IMG/VR virus record: IMGVR_UViG_3300011113_000649 | Coordinates: 41,554-105,553 of that record | Strand: one strand, 5' to 3' | DNA from: a virus | DNA: 64,000 bases | Shown here: in pieces, positions 63,454 through 64,000 of the stretch | How the letters are laid out: each line of letters opens with the position of its first letter | Position numbering within the stretch: the first letter of the stretch is position 1 | Translations under genes and position numbers: made by a program | The notes under the pieces: model-generated | The model's input: only the letters and a program-made list of their open reading frames with translations | What the model was told of the DNA's origin: nothing | Databases searched by the model: none

Positions 63454-63635
63454 TCGTCAATAAGACCTTGATGAAATCCTTCGTCATATCCTGTTTCGTA
63501 TGCTGCTTTTAACCAATCTTTTATTTGGTTCCAGTTATCAACAGGGTCTTTTGGATCTCTCACAAGATCATCATAAGCCCTTTCCATGCGTAAGGAAAAT
63601 CCTTCAACTTCATTGAGCCATTGGTCAAAAGTCAT
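63450..63635 (-). CDS. hypothetical protein
   Basis: MTFDQWLNEVEGFSLRMER..WLKAAYETG. Confidence 0.6.
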   Translation of the reverse strand: MTFDQWLNEVEGFSLRMERAYDDLVRDPKDPVDNWNQIKDWLKAAYETGYDEGFHQGLIDE

Positions 63636-63949
63636 TGTGATATTCCATAGTCTTGAACAGGTTTCTCTTGTAGAATTTTTCTCATAGAATCTGATATATT
63701 TTTGTCTTGTTCAATTTTATTGTTATGAAGTCGCACAATATATTCGGTGGTTGTTTGGTCTAATGCTCCAGCGTCCACAATATTGTATTCATATGTCTTA
63801 TCATAGGTATCTGGATGAGTATAAAGTATCGGCTCAACCGGCACAATAATTCTGCACCAGCACTCTGGTCCGCTAAAACATTCCATAGTTTTCCACGGCA
63901 CTAGAAAAGACTGTTCTCTTGCTTGTTCAAAGTTCATTGTTGTCCTCAC
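63632..63949 (-). CDS. hypothetical protein
   Basis: CFSGPECWCR motif. Confidence 0.55.
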   Translation of the reverse strand: MRTTMNFEQAREQSFLVPWKTMECFSGPECWCRIIVPVEPILYTHPDTYDKTYEYNIVDAGALDQTTTEYIVRLHNNKIEQDKNISDSMRKILQEKPVQDYGISQ

Positions 63950-64000
63950 AAAGTTTAGGTTGCATTACTTCACTCCACCATTGTGAACGATGATTATTGC

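Noticed and set aside
1-64000. Stop-codon reassignment, as in some large phages
   Set aside because: Genes tile densely under the standard code; TAA, TGA and TAG all end coupled genes; no suppressor tRNA seen.
1-64000. CRISPR array or long tandem repeats
   Set aside because: No regularly spaced repeats seen in any intergenic gap.

Overview
64 kb of a large, AT-rich, densely coded dsDNA phage genome (standard genetic code, nearly all genes on the minus strand). It holds a replication/recombination block (DnaG primase, DnaB, RecA/UvsX), nucleotide metabolism (PhoH, class II RNR, dCMP deaminase, GuaC, ThyX), a membrane-protein/papain-protease block, ClpP, a phage sigma factor, a ~10 kb glycosyltransferase island, an actin-like ATPase, RuvB, rIIA/rIIB-like genes, repair genes, several homing endonucleases, a tmRNA and two atypical tRNAs (Leu-UAA, Ile-UAU). 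Most notable: (1) an ATP-dependent DNA ligase broken into two genes by a naturally split intein with atypical catalytic residues and a free-standing endonuclease in between; (2) a small HTH-like gene whose 3' UTR hairpin, just before tRNA-Leu, carries a perfect 13-nt complement of the gene's own Shine-Dalgarno and start codon, a candidate fold-back RNA switch; (3) an anticodon-less tRNA-like element after rIIB; (4) two recurring promoter classes, sigma70-like with a GYCGAT spacer motif and a GTGTAT motif; (5) a decayed protease gene that still carries a perfect promoter. All functional calls come from motif recognition by eye; no searches or folding programs were run.
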